Positions 1 to 23,869 of a stretch of DNA of 64,000 nt are shown in pieces (positions within the stretch are counted from its first letter, which is position 1; each line of letters opens with the position of its first letter). Under the pieces are notes generated by a model. The model was not told the DNA's origin, did not search any database, and worked only from the letters and a program-made list of their open reading frames with translations. Both the position numbers and the translations under genes were made by a program. Origin of the DNA: Octopus vulgaris (taxonomy: Eukaryota); assembly GCA_951406725.2 (NCBI GenBank), contig OX597818.1:19902001-19966000 (forward strand). The letters are read 5' to 3'.

Positions 1-295
1 TTCAGTAATTTCAACCAATCAATGACGTGTATTCAGCTGATTAAAATTACTGCCGTTGTTTGTCAACAACAACTATCAGCGGTGAACAAAATCCTTAGGT
101 CCTACTCACTCATGGATGCATGTCAGATATTATTGCCAGAGGGCTTCAGAGTAAATACTGGATAAGGGTCTGTGCCTAAAATGTCTAGAGCAAGGCTATC
201 AGGGGTTGCAACCTACAGTCCTTAAGCAACATTGTAAAGTTTAATAATAGAAAGAAAAAAAACAGCTAAGTTTACAGTGATACTGTAAACTTAGC

Positions 296-425
296 ACCTC
301 TTGATTCTAGTTCTTGTCTCCATCTCTGGAATTTATTCTCTAAATCTTCTACTTACTTGCTATAAGGACTAAATCATCATTATAAAGGAGTTTACATGAA
401 CAGCTGGTCTTAAATTCTTGTTTGT
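296..425 (-). mobile_element. RTE-clade LINE reverse transcriptase fragment
   Basis: Minus strand reads EFKTSCSCKLLYNDDLVLIA...LENKFQRWRQELESRG, a degenerate RTE LLYADDLVLIA motif with a stop codon. Confidence 0.7.
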
Positions 426-654
426 ACCTGGAGGATTTCATTGGGCTACATAGACAGTGGTGCATTGGTATTTCTGATACTATTCAAATTTTTTTTTTTT
501 TTTTTTTGTCACAAATATGATACCAGAAATTGTCAAACATTTGTATAGAAATTAAGTAGTAACTTAGACTGGTGACCACTGAAACATGGCCAGGATATTA
601 GAAAGATAATACAACAATTAAACTAATTCATTTGGTTAAGTATCCAACAAGAGA

Positions 655-1895
655 TACAAGGGTGGGCTGAAAAGTTCATAGGTTGACTATGAAGATGTGA
701 TGCATTAATTTCAACACTTCTTATTAATAACCACATTGTTTCTTTCCACGTAACTGAAATATAACTATTCAAAGAAGATTTAAATGTGACTAGTAGCAAC
801 TCCTCTTGAAAATGGACAGAATATTGCATCATGGTGTTATCAAGAAGGGTTTAGCCCACAAAAGCATTCATGCTGACATGGTTGCTACATTAGGGAATGA
901 TACTCCAACTTTATCAACAGTACAAAAAGAACAGGGCAGCTGAATTTAGGAGGGGAAGGGAGAGTTCTGAAGATGACCCAATGTCTGGAAGCCCTGCAAC
1001 TGCCACCAGCAAGGAAAACATTGATCATGTTCACTTCATGGTGATAGATGACAGGTAATTGAGTATAAATCAAATAGCCATTGCTATTGCCATATCCTGT
1101 GAGAGGGTTCAGAATATTCTGCACTATGAACTTGGCATGGTGAATGTTTCTGCTTGGTGAGTGCCACATCTGACACCTGATCAAAAATGCACCATGCTGA
1201 TTACATCACAGGAAAATCTGACATTGTTTGGGGCAGATCCAGCTGGTTTTCTTGAAAATCTCCCAACCCAGGATGAGTATCAAGTTCAACATTTTGAGCC
1301 AGAGACAAAGGGATAAACCATGTAGTGGAAACACTCCCTCCTAGCCTGCACCAAAGAAGGCCAAGGTTGTTTCATCTGCAGGGAAGGTGATGATCTCAGT
1401 TATGGGGAATGCAAAAGGCATCAGAAGAGCTACACCATCAATGGAAAGTATGCCAACTTGCTGAGGTAGTTACAAATGCTATCAAGACCTAACGCCCAGG
1501 AAAACTGATGAAAGGGTCTCGTTTCATCAAGACAATGCTCCAGCACACAAGTCTTCGGTTTTAATGGCTGCTGTGAGTGTATTTGGCTTTGAACTGGTTG
1601 ATCAGCTTCCCTGTTCTCCTTATTCAACCTCATGTGACTAATTATCTGTTCCTCAACATGAAAACCACATGGCTGGGAGCTAGAATTGCAGTGACGATGA
1701 TGTCATATCTAGTGTTTTTTACTTTTTACTTTTTTACTAATAGGATGAAAGCTTTTTCACCAATGGGATTCAAGCACTGCAACACCAATGGAAGAAATGT
1801 GTAGCCTGCAAGGGGGCTAAGTTGAAAAATCTCATTTGGTCACGTTCCATGAGAGTATCTTGGTCAGCTTATGAACTTTTCAGCTGGACCTCATA
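655..1895 (+). mobile_element. Degenerate mariner (Tc1/mariner) DNA transposon
   Basis: TA-flanked TIRs (CAAGGGTGGGCTGAAAAGTTCATAGG ... GCTTATGAACTTTTCAGCTGGACCTCA), about 1.24 kb. Broken transposase from ATG 811 includes HADMVATLG and EDDP.SG.P motifs. Confidence 0.85.
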
Positions 1896-2025
1896 TTATG
1901 GGGAAAAGAAATTAGCTATACCGAAGAAAACCTTGAAATAGATAAATTAGAAACTTTGATTTTGCTTTGATATTATAAAATACTTGCTCCATGATTATTA
2001 TTATCAACAGAAATAATTTCCTTAC

Positions 2026-13108
<11,083 letters not shown>

Positions 13109-13240
13109 GATCTGGAAAACAAACAATTTTCAAGAAGTGAGGAACCAAAATATTTCAGTTTAAATATAATGACATTTCTTTTCTTTCTCTCTCTTATATT
13201 GGTGATTATCAAATTGTTGATGTAAACAACAGTGAGGAGT

Positions 13241-13391
13241 ACATTATTTACATTTGATGGATATTTGTCCTCATCTTGTTTGTTGTTAATTTCCCCAAGA
13301 CACCTGATGAAGGCTGGAGGGTATATCAGGCGAAACATTGTGTTAACAACAAACAAGATGAGGACAAATATCCGTCAAATGTAAATAATGT
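13241..13391 (+). mobile_element. Penelope-type terminal fragment: 49-bp inverted repeat enclosing a hammerhead-like core
   Basis: Arms 13241-13289 and 13343-13391 differ by one mismatch and enclose ACAC-CTGATGAA-GGCTG...CAGGC-GAAAC-ATT-GTGT. Confidence 0.6.
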
Positions 13392-13626
13392 AAATAATGT
13401 ACATAATTCCTCATCTCTTAAATATAGAACTGAACAGCGAGAAGTGTCGTGTAACTTATACATGTAGGCACAGGCATGGTTGTATGGTTAAGAAGTTTCC
13501 TTTGTAGCCACATGGTTACAAGTTCAGTCCCACTATGCAACATGTTGGTCAAGCGTCCCTTACTAAAGCCCTAGCCATGCAAATCCTTGTTAGTGAATTT
13601 GGTAAACAGAAACTATGTGGGAGTTT

Positions 13627-13684
<58 letters not shown>

Positions 13685-14234
13685 TCCCTGCCACATAACT
13701 TGTGTTGGTTTGTTGATATCCCCCTAACTTAGTAGTGTAGTAAAAGAGAAGATAGAGAAAGTACCACACTTAAAATAAACCCTGGAGGTAATTTGTCCAA
13801 CTAAACCTACAAAAAAATTGGTAGGCACACACAAATACATACTGACACACACACATAGCAATTTTTTCAAAATTTTAAGTTTCATTTTGTACATATAAAT
13901 GATAAGTGTCAGTTGTATGTGTGTGCACCCACGATTTTCTTTCTTTTCTTTTTTTTTGTTTGCATATTAAATTATGATATAATCATAATCTAGAACATCT
14001 GAAAGATATCTTTATTCTTTTACTTGTTTCAGTCATTTGACTGCAGCCATGCTGGAGCACCGCCTTTAGTCAAACAAATCAACCCCACAACTTACTCTTT
14101 GTAAGCCGAGTACTTATTCTATCATCTCTTTTGCCAAACCGCTAAGTCATGGGGAGGTAAATACATCAACGTCAGTAGTCAAGCGATGGTGGCGGGGACA
14201 AACACAGACACACAAACATATACACTCATATATA

Positions 14235-15593
14235 TCATCATCATCATCATCATCATCATTTAACGTACGCTTTCCATGCTAGCATGGGTTGGACGGTTCA
14301 ACTGGGGTCTGGGGAGCCCGAAAGCTGCACCAGTCCAGTCAGATCTGGCAGTGTTTCTACAGCTGGATGCCCTTCCTAACGCCAACCACTCCGAGAGTGT
14401 AGTGGGTGATTTTATGTGCCACCGACACAGGTGCCAGACGAGGCTGGCAAACGGCCACGCTCGGATGGTGTTTTTTTATGTGCCACCGACACAGGTGCCA
14501 GACGAGGCTGGCAGACGGCCACGCTCGGATGGTGTTTTTATGTGCCACCGACACAGGTGCCAGATGAGGCTGGCAAACGGCCACGATCGGATGGTGTTTG
14601 TTACGTGCCCACAGCACGGAGGCCAGTCGATGCGGTACTGGCTACGGCCACGTTCGGATGGTTTTCTTGTGTGCCACGTGCCACCGGCACTGGTACCACA
14701 AAGATACAAATTCCATTGATGTTCATCTATTTTGATTTGTTTTGATTTTCACTTGCCTCAACAGGTCTTCACAAGTGTCACAAGAAGGAAGGTAAGCACA
14801 GGTGGACTGACTACGTCCCAGGTAAGGGCCACGGGTTATGGCCTGACTAGTCTTGCCGGGTCTTCGGATGGTGTTTTTATGTGCCACCGACATAGGTGCC
14901 AGATGAGGCTGGCGAACGGCCACGATCGGATGGTGTTTGTTACGTGCCCACAGCACGGAGGCCATTCGATGCGGTACTGGCTACGGCCACGTTCGGATGG
15001 TTTTCTTGTGTGCCACCGGCACTGGTACCACCGGCACTGGTACCACCGGCACTGGTACCACAAAGATACAAATTCCATTAATGTTCATCTATTTTGATTT
15101 GATTTTATTTGATGTTGATTTTCACTTGCCTCAACAGGTCTTCACAAGTGTCACAAGAAGGAAGGTATGCACAGGTGGACTGACTACGTCCCAGGTAGGG
15201 GCCACAGGTTATGGCCTGACTAGTCTTGCCGGGTCTTCGGATGGTGTTTTTATGTGCCACCGACACAGGTGCCAGATGAGGCTGGCGAACGGCCACGATC
15301 GGATGGTGTTTGTTACGTGCCCACAGCACGGAGGCCAGTCGGTGCGGTACTGGCTACGGCCACGTTCGGATGGTTTTCTTGTGTGCCACCGGCACTGGTA
15401 CCACAAAGATACAAATTCCATTAATGTTCATCTATTTTGATTTGTTTTGATTTGATTTGATTTGTTTTGATTTGATTTTGATTTTCACTTGCCTCAACAG
15501 GCCTTCACAAGTATCACAAGGAGGAAGGTATGCACAGGTGGACTGACTACGTCCCAGGTAGGGGCCATGGGATATGGCCTGACTAGTCTTGCC
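14235..15593 (-). repeat. Tandemly amplified RTE LINE 3' UTR
   Basis: Three copies of a unit of roughly 350 bp (TTTTCACTTGCCTCAACAGG at about 14746, 15119 and 15482), plus nested ~64-bp and 18-bp subrepeats and a (CAT)n tail. Confidence 0.8.
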
Positions 15594-16494
15594 ATATCTT
15601 AATAATTCCGATGCGACTCAATCTTGTACTACTGTTCTCTATCTGTCCCTCTCACTTTCTCATTCTTCCTCCTTTACTCTCTCATTGCTCACACATGACC
15701 ATCGGTCATCTTTCTTTTCCTAACTTGAGTTTCTTTCCTTTCAATCTGCCACACAGATCAGACACATTCTTGTCTGTCTCTTCTATCTTTTCTCCTGTCA
15801 AAGCTTGTTCCTCCAGCATTCTCCACCTTACCTCATTATAGCTTAGTAGCCCTTACTGTTTGTTTTAACTGTCCTGTTTTTGTTACCAGCTTTGACCCTC
15901 CGCAAATCCCAAATCTTATTTTGCTTTGCAGGAGCAACTGTTTTCTTGAAGACACATCTTGTCGTAATTGCTCGAAAGGTGGATTAGATAAACAGCCGAC
16001 AACTGATGAAGGGTCATTCTATATGTTACTTGTCTTGTTTTCCATTTGTTTCTTTCGTTGTTTGCAAAAAAAAGTTTGTATTCCGTGTTTTTGTATTTTG
16101 TATTTCATGTTGTTTATGCTTTATGACATCCTGTACCCATATATGCATATGTATATACATATATATGTAAGAATGTACATATATGTATGTATATATGCAT
16201 CAGCCACAGCAGAAAATGTATCAGGACATGAAATGTAAAAGCCGGACTGGACTATTTTATGCGCAACTCCATTGTCTCCCGAGACAAAAAGGATGCCAAC
16301 AACAACAATTTATATATATATATATACATATGATGTGCTTCTTTGAGTTTCTATCTACCAAATCCACTCACAAGCCTTTGGTTGGCCTGAGGCTATAGTA
16401 GAAGACACTTGCGCAAAGTGCCACACATAGGACTGAATTCAGAACCATGTGGTTGGTAAGCAAGCTACTTATCACACAGCCACACCTGCACCTG

Positions 16495-17557
16495 TAGAAA
16501 ATTTCGTAAAAGCCATTTTTCTGAAAGTTATGTGGACACAAACTGACTTATTCATGTGAATAATCCACCTTTGAAAAATGTTTCAGAGCAAATTCCAAAA
16601 TAATTGGAACTAATATCATCTGAAATGTATATGTCAAAAATCCATTTTTCTGAAACTTATGACAGAACAAAACTGGTGAAGGGGTGGGGGACACATTTGT
16701 GTAGGTATGCCTTGAATACAGGTGGAATAAACATTGGTGACTGGTGGTTAGCCTGTGCTCTAGAAACATACCCAGAAACTATGCAAGTAAAATGCACCTT
16801 TCTAGAACCTAAAGGACTCTCATCATCATTTCAGTATCCTAGAAAGTCAGATGTTTTAACAATGAGTTATTTAGATATCCTTTGTAAATTTAACCCCAGA
16901 ACTGATACAGGTAAAACATATACTTTGACAGAAAAAGAAATGAAAAATGCATCACAATTATTAATTTCATAAAAATTACGAAGATTTCAGAATTTCATCT
17001 AACTTTTTTCACATTAAATTCTAGCACACCTATACAAGTGTGCACCTCCTAACTTTGTTTCCTCATAACTTCCAGAAAACGGCTATTTTTAATTGAAATT
17101 TTCAATAAATATGCGTCAGAATTTCATTTGAAAAAAAAAAAAACTGGTGTGCTGGCACACATACATACTGACACATATCACGAAATGAAACTTGAAATTT
17201 CGAAAAAAATTGTGATTTGTGTCACTATGTATGTGTGCGAGCACATCAAATTTCTTTTCTTTCTTTTTTCTTTTTCATATTCAATTGCGATATAATCGTT
17301 ATCTGCCCCATCTGAAAGGTATTTTCAGAAAATTTTATGAAAAAATACCCATTTTTCTGAAAGTTAGAAGGAAACAAAGACGAATTTTGAGAATTTTCAG
17401 AAACTCCCCTCCCCTCGGAAAAAATTTTTTGTAACAAATTCCGATATAACCAGTATCTGCACCATCTGAAGCATATTTGTAAAATAAATTCATTAAAAAT
17501 GTCCATTTTTCTGGACGTTAGGAGAACACAAATTCGTTGGGGCAGGAATGACCCTTG
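16495..17557 (+). mobile_element. DNA transposon 3' end (tentatively Sola2-like) with a transposase C-terminal fragment
   Basis: ORF 16604-16972 WWLAC.LET..VK.TFLEPKG.SSSFQYP...DIL...P.T.TG.TYTL resembles a transposase C-terminal domain. Repeated CCATTTTTCTGAAAGTTA subterminal motifs; ends in GGAATGACCC. Related pieces lie at about 13810-14005 and 36385-36550. Confidence 0.5.
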
Positions 17558-18017
17558 ACTAGGTAAGCTTAAATTCTGATATAATCGTAATCTACACCGT
17601 CTGAAAAATATTTGTAAAATTCTTGGCGGAGTTTCAAATCAAGACGCCTACTTTTTAACGGGGATTTTTCCCTTTTTTTTTCTTTTTTTTTTTTTTTTTC
17701 AGTACGGCCTTTGAAAATGATGGGGAGGCAGCATCTTTTTATGAAAAAACTTTTTGAAAATTAATGATATCTCTTTTTGTTCGAAAAGGTGTGCGATTTG
17801 AGGGAGATTTGAGCGTCCTGATCCGAAACTCCGCCGGCGGTTTAAATGCACAAATATCCGATACCCAAGTAGCTAAAAAGTGAGTAGGAGGTCACCCAGG
17901 AGACACGATCTAGTTGCGGCCCGGCCTACTTAGAGTGAAAGAAATTAAGGAACGAAACACTTGTCTGAAAGGGGTTTCTTCCTGACATACTGTTCAGTTC
18001 TCTTGAGATTTTCTTAC

Positions 18018-18110
18018 CACTTAAAGTTTGTTGGTAGATTTTGTTTATCAACACGTAGACAGTAAAAGATTTCAGATTCTAAAACTTTTGGTTATTGTAT
18101 GCATCCGTTT
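18018..18110 (-). other. Candidate non-coding first exon of the Ig-like gene
   Basis: Donor GTG|gtaaga at about 18017, in a locally CpG-enriched region just downstream (minus sense) of an X-box. The 5' boundary is unknown. Confidence 0.35.
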
Positions 18111-18229
18111 TTTTCTTTACCCTTTTTTTTTTTTTTTTTTCATAGGTGTTCGTCCACCCTACTACCATTAATTCAATACAAACAGAACCCTTTTCATAAT
18201 AGATGTTCATCAATTTTCAACAGACGCTC

Positions 18230-18243
18230 GTTACTATGGAAAC
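18230..18243. promoter_or_regulatory. RFX X-box motif
   Basis: GTTACTATGGAAAC fits the GTYNCY-AT-RGNAAC consensus. An ATTGG (CCAAT) element lies at 18270-18274. Confidence 0.5.
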
Positions 18244-19069
18244 AGGCACCAAAATATCTGCGACTTTCGATTGGCTAAAATTACTCGAACATTTAAAAAC
18301 TTTAAAAGCTATAAATGTTTTATTTATTAATTTGTGGGGGGAAATGAATTTCATTTTCATAATTAAATCGGAACACTAAATTTGAAAATAATTGAAACAA
18401 CGTTTTGCAAATATAGAAAACTGACAGCAATAGGAAAGATATAACATTCACAGAAATTCAGTTTAGTCTTTACTAAACTTGTTATGTCTGTTATATGTGT
18501 GAATTATATTACTAAAAGAATACTCACACTTCAATAATCTATCGGAGAAGCGATTACTGAACACTCTCAAACATATTAAAATCTCGTTTAGATTTATTTC
18601 TCTTACATTTTGAGAAGCTTCAACTTGTATTTTCTCCAAATACAGTCCAACTGCAACAGTAATGACCAGCGTTTATGGTTACTCCTCAAATACGAGCACA
18701 ATTGATAAACAATTAAATTACGCAATCAACGTCCCTTCACAGTCCAGCTAGCTATATTTCATATTTTCTCAAAACACCACAAATGACTCGTCATCATGTT
18801 CTATTGTTACTACCATTACTACTAATAAACAACAAGCTCGACAACCATAGTCACTCAACACTAGCTCATAAGCGCGAGTTGGTCTTTAGCTGGAAAATTT
18901 TCTTGCAGCATTTCGTCCGTCTTTACGTTCTGAGTTCAAATTCTGCCGAGGTCGACTTTGCCCTTTATCCTTTCGGAATCGATAAAATAAATACCATTTG
19001 AACACTGAGGTCGGTGTAATCGACTCATCCCCCACCTCCTCCAAGCTACCCTTGTGGCAAAAATTTGGG

Positions 19070-19904
19070 ATCTTTTCGCTTTGACCGGCACATTTTTAAA
19101 ATAATTTCTTTGTAACTAAACACTTTTAAACTTCGTATACTGGTAGTGTGTTATATTAAACATCTTTTTCTCTTGGCTTTCTTGAGAAAATTCTGTAGTT
19201 TGTAAGCTATTTGTTGTTTAATTTCTTGCATTTCGGCAATTTCAACCAATCAATGACGTCTGTTGAGGTGAATTCAATTTCTCCGGATCTTTGTCAACAA
19301 CAATCATTTGCGGTGTCATAAATTTATCACTGTTATTTATGACATTTCATATCAGTTACGTTCGTATGAATAAAAGATTATCGCTATTAAACTTTTATTA
19401 ATAGACACATATTCTAAGTTCACAACATATGCAGTTTTAATTTCCCTCTCTATTGGACAGATACACACATTACATATTATATATTCGTTTAAGAAACAGA
19501 TTGGGTTTATTTACATTTCTGAAGAAAAAAAATACCCTTCTCCCCACCCCTAACCCTAACCTTAACCCTACCCTAACCCTAACCCTAACCCTAACCCTAA
19601 CCCTAACCCTAACCCAACCCTAACCCTTACCCTAATTCTAACCCTAACTCTAACCCTAACTCTAACCCTAACCCTAACCCTAAAACAGATTGAAATGCAA
19701 TAGATTGATACTAGGGTCATAATTATGGGTGGACACTAAAGAGGGAATGGTTTTTTTTTAGCCAGCTCTGTTTACAAGTGACCTCTCAGTTTATGGCCAC
19801 AGGGTATCTTTTTTCTCATAAATAACAGTGACAAAATTAATAGGACACCGCAAATGATTGTTCCGGAGAAATTGTATTCACCTCAATAGACGTCATTGAT
19901 TGGT
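19070..19904. mobile_element. Foldback/MITE-like element enclosing telomeric repeats
   Basis: Inverted arms at about 19245-19342 and 19816-19904. A diverged copy of the same arm is at window positions 1-85. Confidence 0.6.
19548..19683 (-). repeat. Interstitial telomeric (TTAGGG)n array
   Basis: About 22 CCCTAA units with variants (CCTTAA, CTCTAA). Confidence 0.95.
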
Positions 19905-21580
19905 ACTTTGATATTTTCTCTATACCTTTCATATTGACTTTCTCATCATTTGGGATTGTAAAGTCAATTATGTGATACTTTCTATTCCCTTTATCTACTA
20001 CTACTAAATCAGGCCTCCTAGCTTCTATTACTCTGTCATTCTGAATGTTAAAATCCCATAACATTTTATATTTCTAACTTTCTGGCACTTTACTAGGTTC
20101 ATGTTCATACCATTTACCAGTATGGTCATATCCTAGCTTTCTACATAACCCTCGTTATTCTCCCTAGGTTGTCATGGTTTTTCTTATATTCTTTCCTTTG
20201 GGAATCTACATGGTTTTTGCTTATCTTGGTTTTTATCCAATTAGTCGTCAATTACTGCTGACAAACTTTCTGTCTCCCTTTTCAGCCTTCCTTTCTGCAA
20301 CCATAACCATGTCTCACATTACTATTTGCTGCAACTATCTTTGAGAATCTACCATGCAAAGCCTTCTCTTGCCAGTCAGATAATCTTGCTTCTTTTTCAC
20401 TGTTTTTAACTTCCTTTGGCTTTTCAGTTTCCCTATATCCTACTGTTATTCTAGCAGCTCTTAAAAAACTTCCATAGGAAGCTATGTCTACTCTAGCTAA
20501 CTCCACACAGTCTTCTACTGGTATTAACCGTCTACTACCTTTCTTTCTAGGTAAGTAATATAAACTTGATACTCCTGCTCTTGGATGAAGTCCTCCATTC
20601 ATATTGAATTCTTTCCTAGTTCTTCTGTCTAGATTTACTAGTTCAGATTTTGTCCAATTTATAAAAGCTGCTGAATACTTAAGTAATGATACAGCCCAAG
20701 AATTTAAAGCCTTCACTTGATTTGAATCATTTAGTTTTGACTTCATTAGCTCCTCACCCTTCTAATGTACTCCTCGATTTTCATTTTCATTTCTATAGTT
20801 AGTATTCTGTCAGATTCTAATACTCCTAAATACTTGTAGCTCTCTCCTTCTTTCAGTGATTTTAACATTTAGCCATCTGGTAATTAGATGCCTTCATAGC
20901 TGACTACCTGTTCCTTTTTCATGATTAATATTGCGCGCTTATCTATGCCAAATTCCATGCATATATCTTAGCTTAAGAGTCTTACAGTTTGTATTAAGGA
21001 ATCTATCTCTTATGTTAAAGCAAATGGTTAATTTTTCCTTTATTATCTCTAAACTGATACCCTTCCTTTACCTTTCTTAAAACTAAACTGAGTAGGGTTA
21101 AGCATAAGACAAATATTAAAAGGGTAATGAGTCCCCTTCAAAAACTATTCATTTGATATTTTACTTTTCCTGAGGCTATGTCACTAGCATAGAGATCTAT
21201 CATATTTTCCATTTCTTCATGCTATAGCTAATTAACCCTCTTATATTGTCTTAATTACGGAATATATTCAAACATTCACTTATCCATGAGTGTGGAATCA
21301 TGTCATAGGCTTTCTTATAATCTATCCAATCCATGCTATTGTTAAACTTTTCTTTCTACATTTCACTTCTTTGAACTGTTTTGTATAATAGATTATATAT
21401 TCCTCAAGCCTTCTTCCTGCAACCTTTCTATTTTTCTGGCTGTTTAAATGCTCATAAATGCTTTCTGAGAGCATTCGTGTTAACAGCTTCCACTCTAATG
21501 GTAAGGAAGTGATTGGTCTATAATTGCTAACTATATTGCCCTTGTATTTGTCTTTCATAAGAAGTACTGTTCTCCCTCTA
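19905..21580 (-). mobile_element. Dong/R4-like non-LTR retrotransposon (RT plus restriction-like endonuclease), degraded
   Basis: YRPITSLP, AWIDYKKAYDMIPHSWI, LYYLPRKKGSRRL and LWDFNIQNDRVIEARRPDLVVVDK (PD..D REL motif). The 5' junction abuts a (TAA)n tract, the known Dong target type. Confidence 0.8.
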
Positions 21581-22024
21581 TTATTATTATTATTACTAGC
21601 ATACCTATGTTGTCAAAATGCTGACAGTTTATTAATGAGAGAAAATGGTGCATCAACACAATGGGGAGAAACCATTGCTAAATGTCAGCAATCTAGTAAA
21701 TAACTGTACATACACAGAATTGAAGCACTTGAAGAATCAGATACAGGTGTACTGTCTTAATTGAAAATCCCATCCACATAATGTGTGTGTAGTTCAAATA
21801 CACATAAAAAAAAGACAAAAGATGAAGACAATTGAAGGAACAACAAGCAGGTGTATTGATAAAACATTCAGAAGAATGGAAAAGTCTTTGATGTTTTAAA
21901 CCTATGCTCTTTGACAGAATGGATTGAAAGGGGGAAAAAATGGAGAGAGAACAAAATGTACATATACATAAATTTAGGCATATATACATACATATGTGTA
22001 TATATACATATATATATATATATA

Positions 22025-22549
22025 TCTTATATAAAATCCGTTCTGTCTGTCTGTCTTCTCGGATCTCGGGCATCCTCCATCCGATTGCGCTCAAATTTGA
22101 TATGTAGATACCGATGGTATCAGGGCATGTATAAGTCTTGAAAAAATTACAAAAATCGATTCCAGGTGAGAATGCGATCGATAAAGCTGTTTTTGTCCTG
22201 CTTTTCTTCCGTCAACCTGTACATAACTGCACCTTCCATTTTTTGTTGTTTTTGTACTGCTTAAAGGCACGTTTCTTTCCTGCCAAGCTTACTGTTTAAA
22301 CCATGTTTGTGTTCTCCCAATCAACAGCCTTATCATTACTGGTACTTTAAACTTTTCGGTTGCATATTTGTGTGAATAAAATCGTTTTTCTTTGGAATAG
22401 AAAAAAATCTGGTGTCTCAAATTTAGGTTAAATCAGTGTTCCTCAAAAGGGAGGCCTATGGGACAGTTGGACAAGTTGTTTCGAGAAAATTTGGCTTAAA
22501 TGTTTGACAACTCAGCAACATCCATTGAACGGGGGGGGGGGGTTGCTCG

Positions 22550-22550
<1 letters not shown>
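22025..22550 (+). mobile_element. Non-autonomous Helitron-like element
   Basis: 5' TCTTATATAAAA..(CTGT)n start; 3' end has AGCAAC...GTTGCT pairing and CTCGT (a CTRR-like variant); inserted in (TA)n. Confidence 0.45.
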
Positions 22551-22586
<36 letters not shown>

Positions 22587-22959
22587 GCTGTTGTGTATAA
22601 GGAGAGTCATTCTCTTTTAGTGCCTTATAATTTAACACACTCACCGGTAAAATTTCCACCGATTTCTTTTTTTTTTTCTAAAATTTTCATTGCATCTTGC
22701 AAACTTTTCAACAGTTAATGCATAAATGTAAAGTATGTTAGCTGTTTCTCAATAATATTTCAATATATATTTTTTGTGTTGTTTAAATTTGTCAGCTTAT
22801 GTAAATTTTTATCTGAGGTTAATTGAATTGAATCATTTTCTTTTGCTGTTGCATTGATGGATCTTTCTGAAGTTGACTGTGGAGTTCTTTTGCCATTGCC
22901 TTATTGAGCTGTTTTTTTTCCTGTTTCAAGTAATTTTGATTATTATGATTTTCTTATTC

Positions 22960-23136
22960 TTAACTCAGATACCAAAACCAAAAGTCCCTGAATTTACAAA
23001 ACAATTCTCAAAGGAATTTGTATTGACTCACAATAACCAGTTATATTGCAGACTGTGTGTCATTGATGTCAAATGTGATAAAAATCATTTCGTTGAGTCA
23101 CATAGAATAAATAAAAAACACCAAAATTATCTTTAA
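22960..23136 (+). mobile_element. hAT/CGGBP1-like transposase N-terminal zinc-finger remnant
   Basis: EF....NQLYCRLCVIDVKCDKNHFVESHRINKKH gives a CxxC...H...H BED-like finger, followed by stop codons. Confidence 0.45.
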
Positions 23137-23869
23137 AAGACTTAAAACAGAATAGCCACCTATCAAATTCTTTGAATCTAGTGAAAACGATAAATCTTGG
23201 GATGACAAAAATAATTGTTAACGTACTTAATGGTTCAGTAAAAAATCCTCAAAAAAAGGCTTGGTTGTTCTTGCATACAGGCTTGTCCCCTGCATCCCTC
23301 TCCGGTTGAGCATTCGTAATTTTGCAGGCTCGTGGGTCCTGGTGCCACAAAACTGCACCTGTGCAGGTGCTGCATAAAAGTGCCCAGTACACTCTGTAAA
23401 GTGATTGGCATTAGGAAGGGTATCCAACCAACCATAGAAACCATGCCAAAACAGACATGGAACCTGAGCAGCTCTTCAGCTAGCCAGCTCCTGTTAAACT
23501 GTCCAACCCATGCCAACATGGAAAACGGACGTTAAATGATGATGATGTTAGAAATGATTTCTTAACAAAGAACTGTTTTAAGATATTCGTATTTCATGGA
23601 GTACTGACATTCATAAACAGCAGTGTACTTCTATAAGAACTAATGTCTCAACATTATTCACATCTCACTTAGTATTAATATTTAATAAATCAAAAAATAC
23701 AGAAATTAGAGATTACAAAAAAGATGGTTAATGACTTATACTGTCATCTTACGACCCTCTATATTCTATGTTCAGACTTGTTTCATTAAGTATTAAATCA
23801 GATGAGGAAAGTCATTGCCCATGGCTTTTCAAGACAAGGATGAGGGTTGGGAAAATTTAGTTTTCACTC

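Noticed and set aside
357-473. Possible next exon of the Ig-like gene (gtaagt donor at 356)
   Set aside because: Most of the frame translates as an RTE reverse transcriptase remnant that continues past the apparent donor.
14276-15440. Multiple overlapping ORFs with repeated peptides, and a superficially CRISPR-like repeat array
   Set aside because: These are tandem copies of an RTE 3' UTR. There are no unique spacers or cas genes, and the context is eukaryotic.
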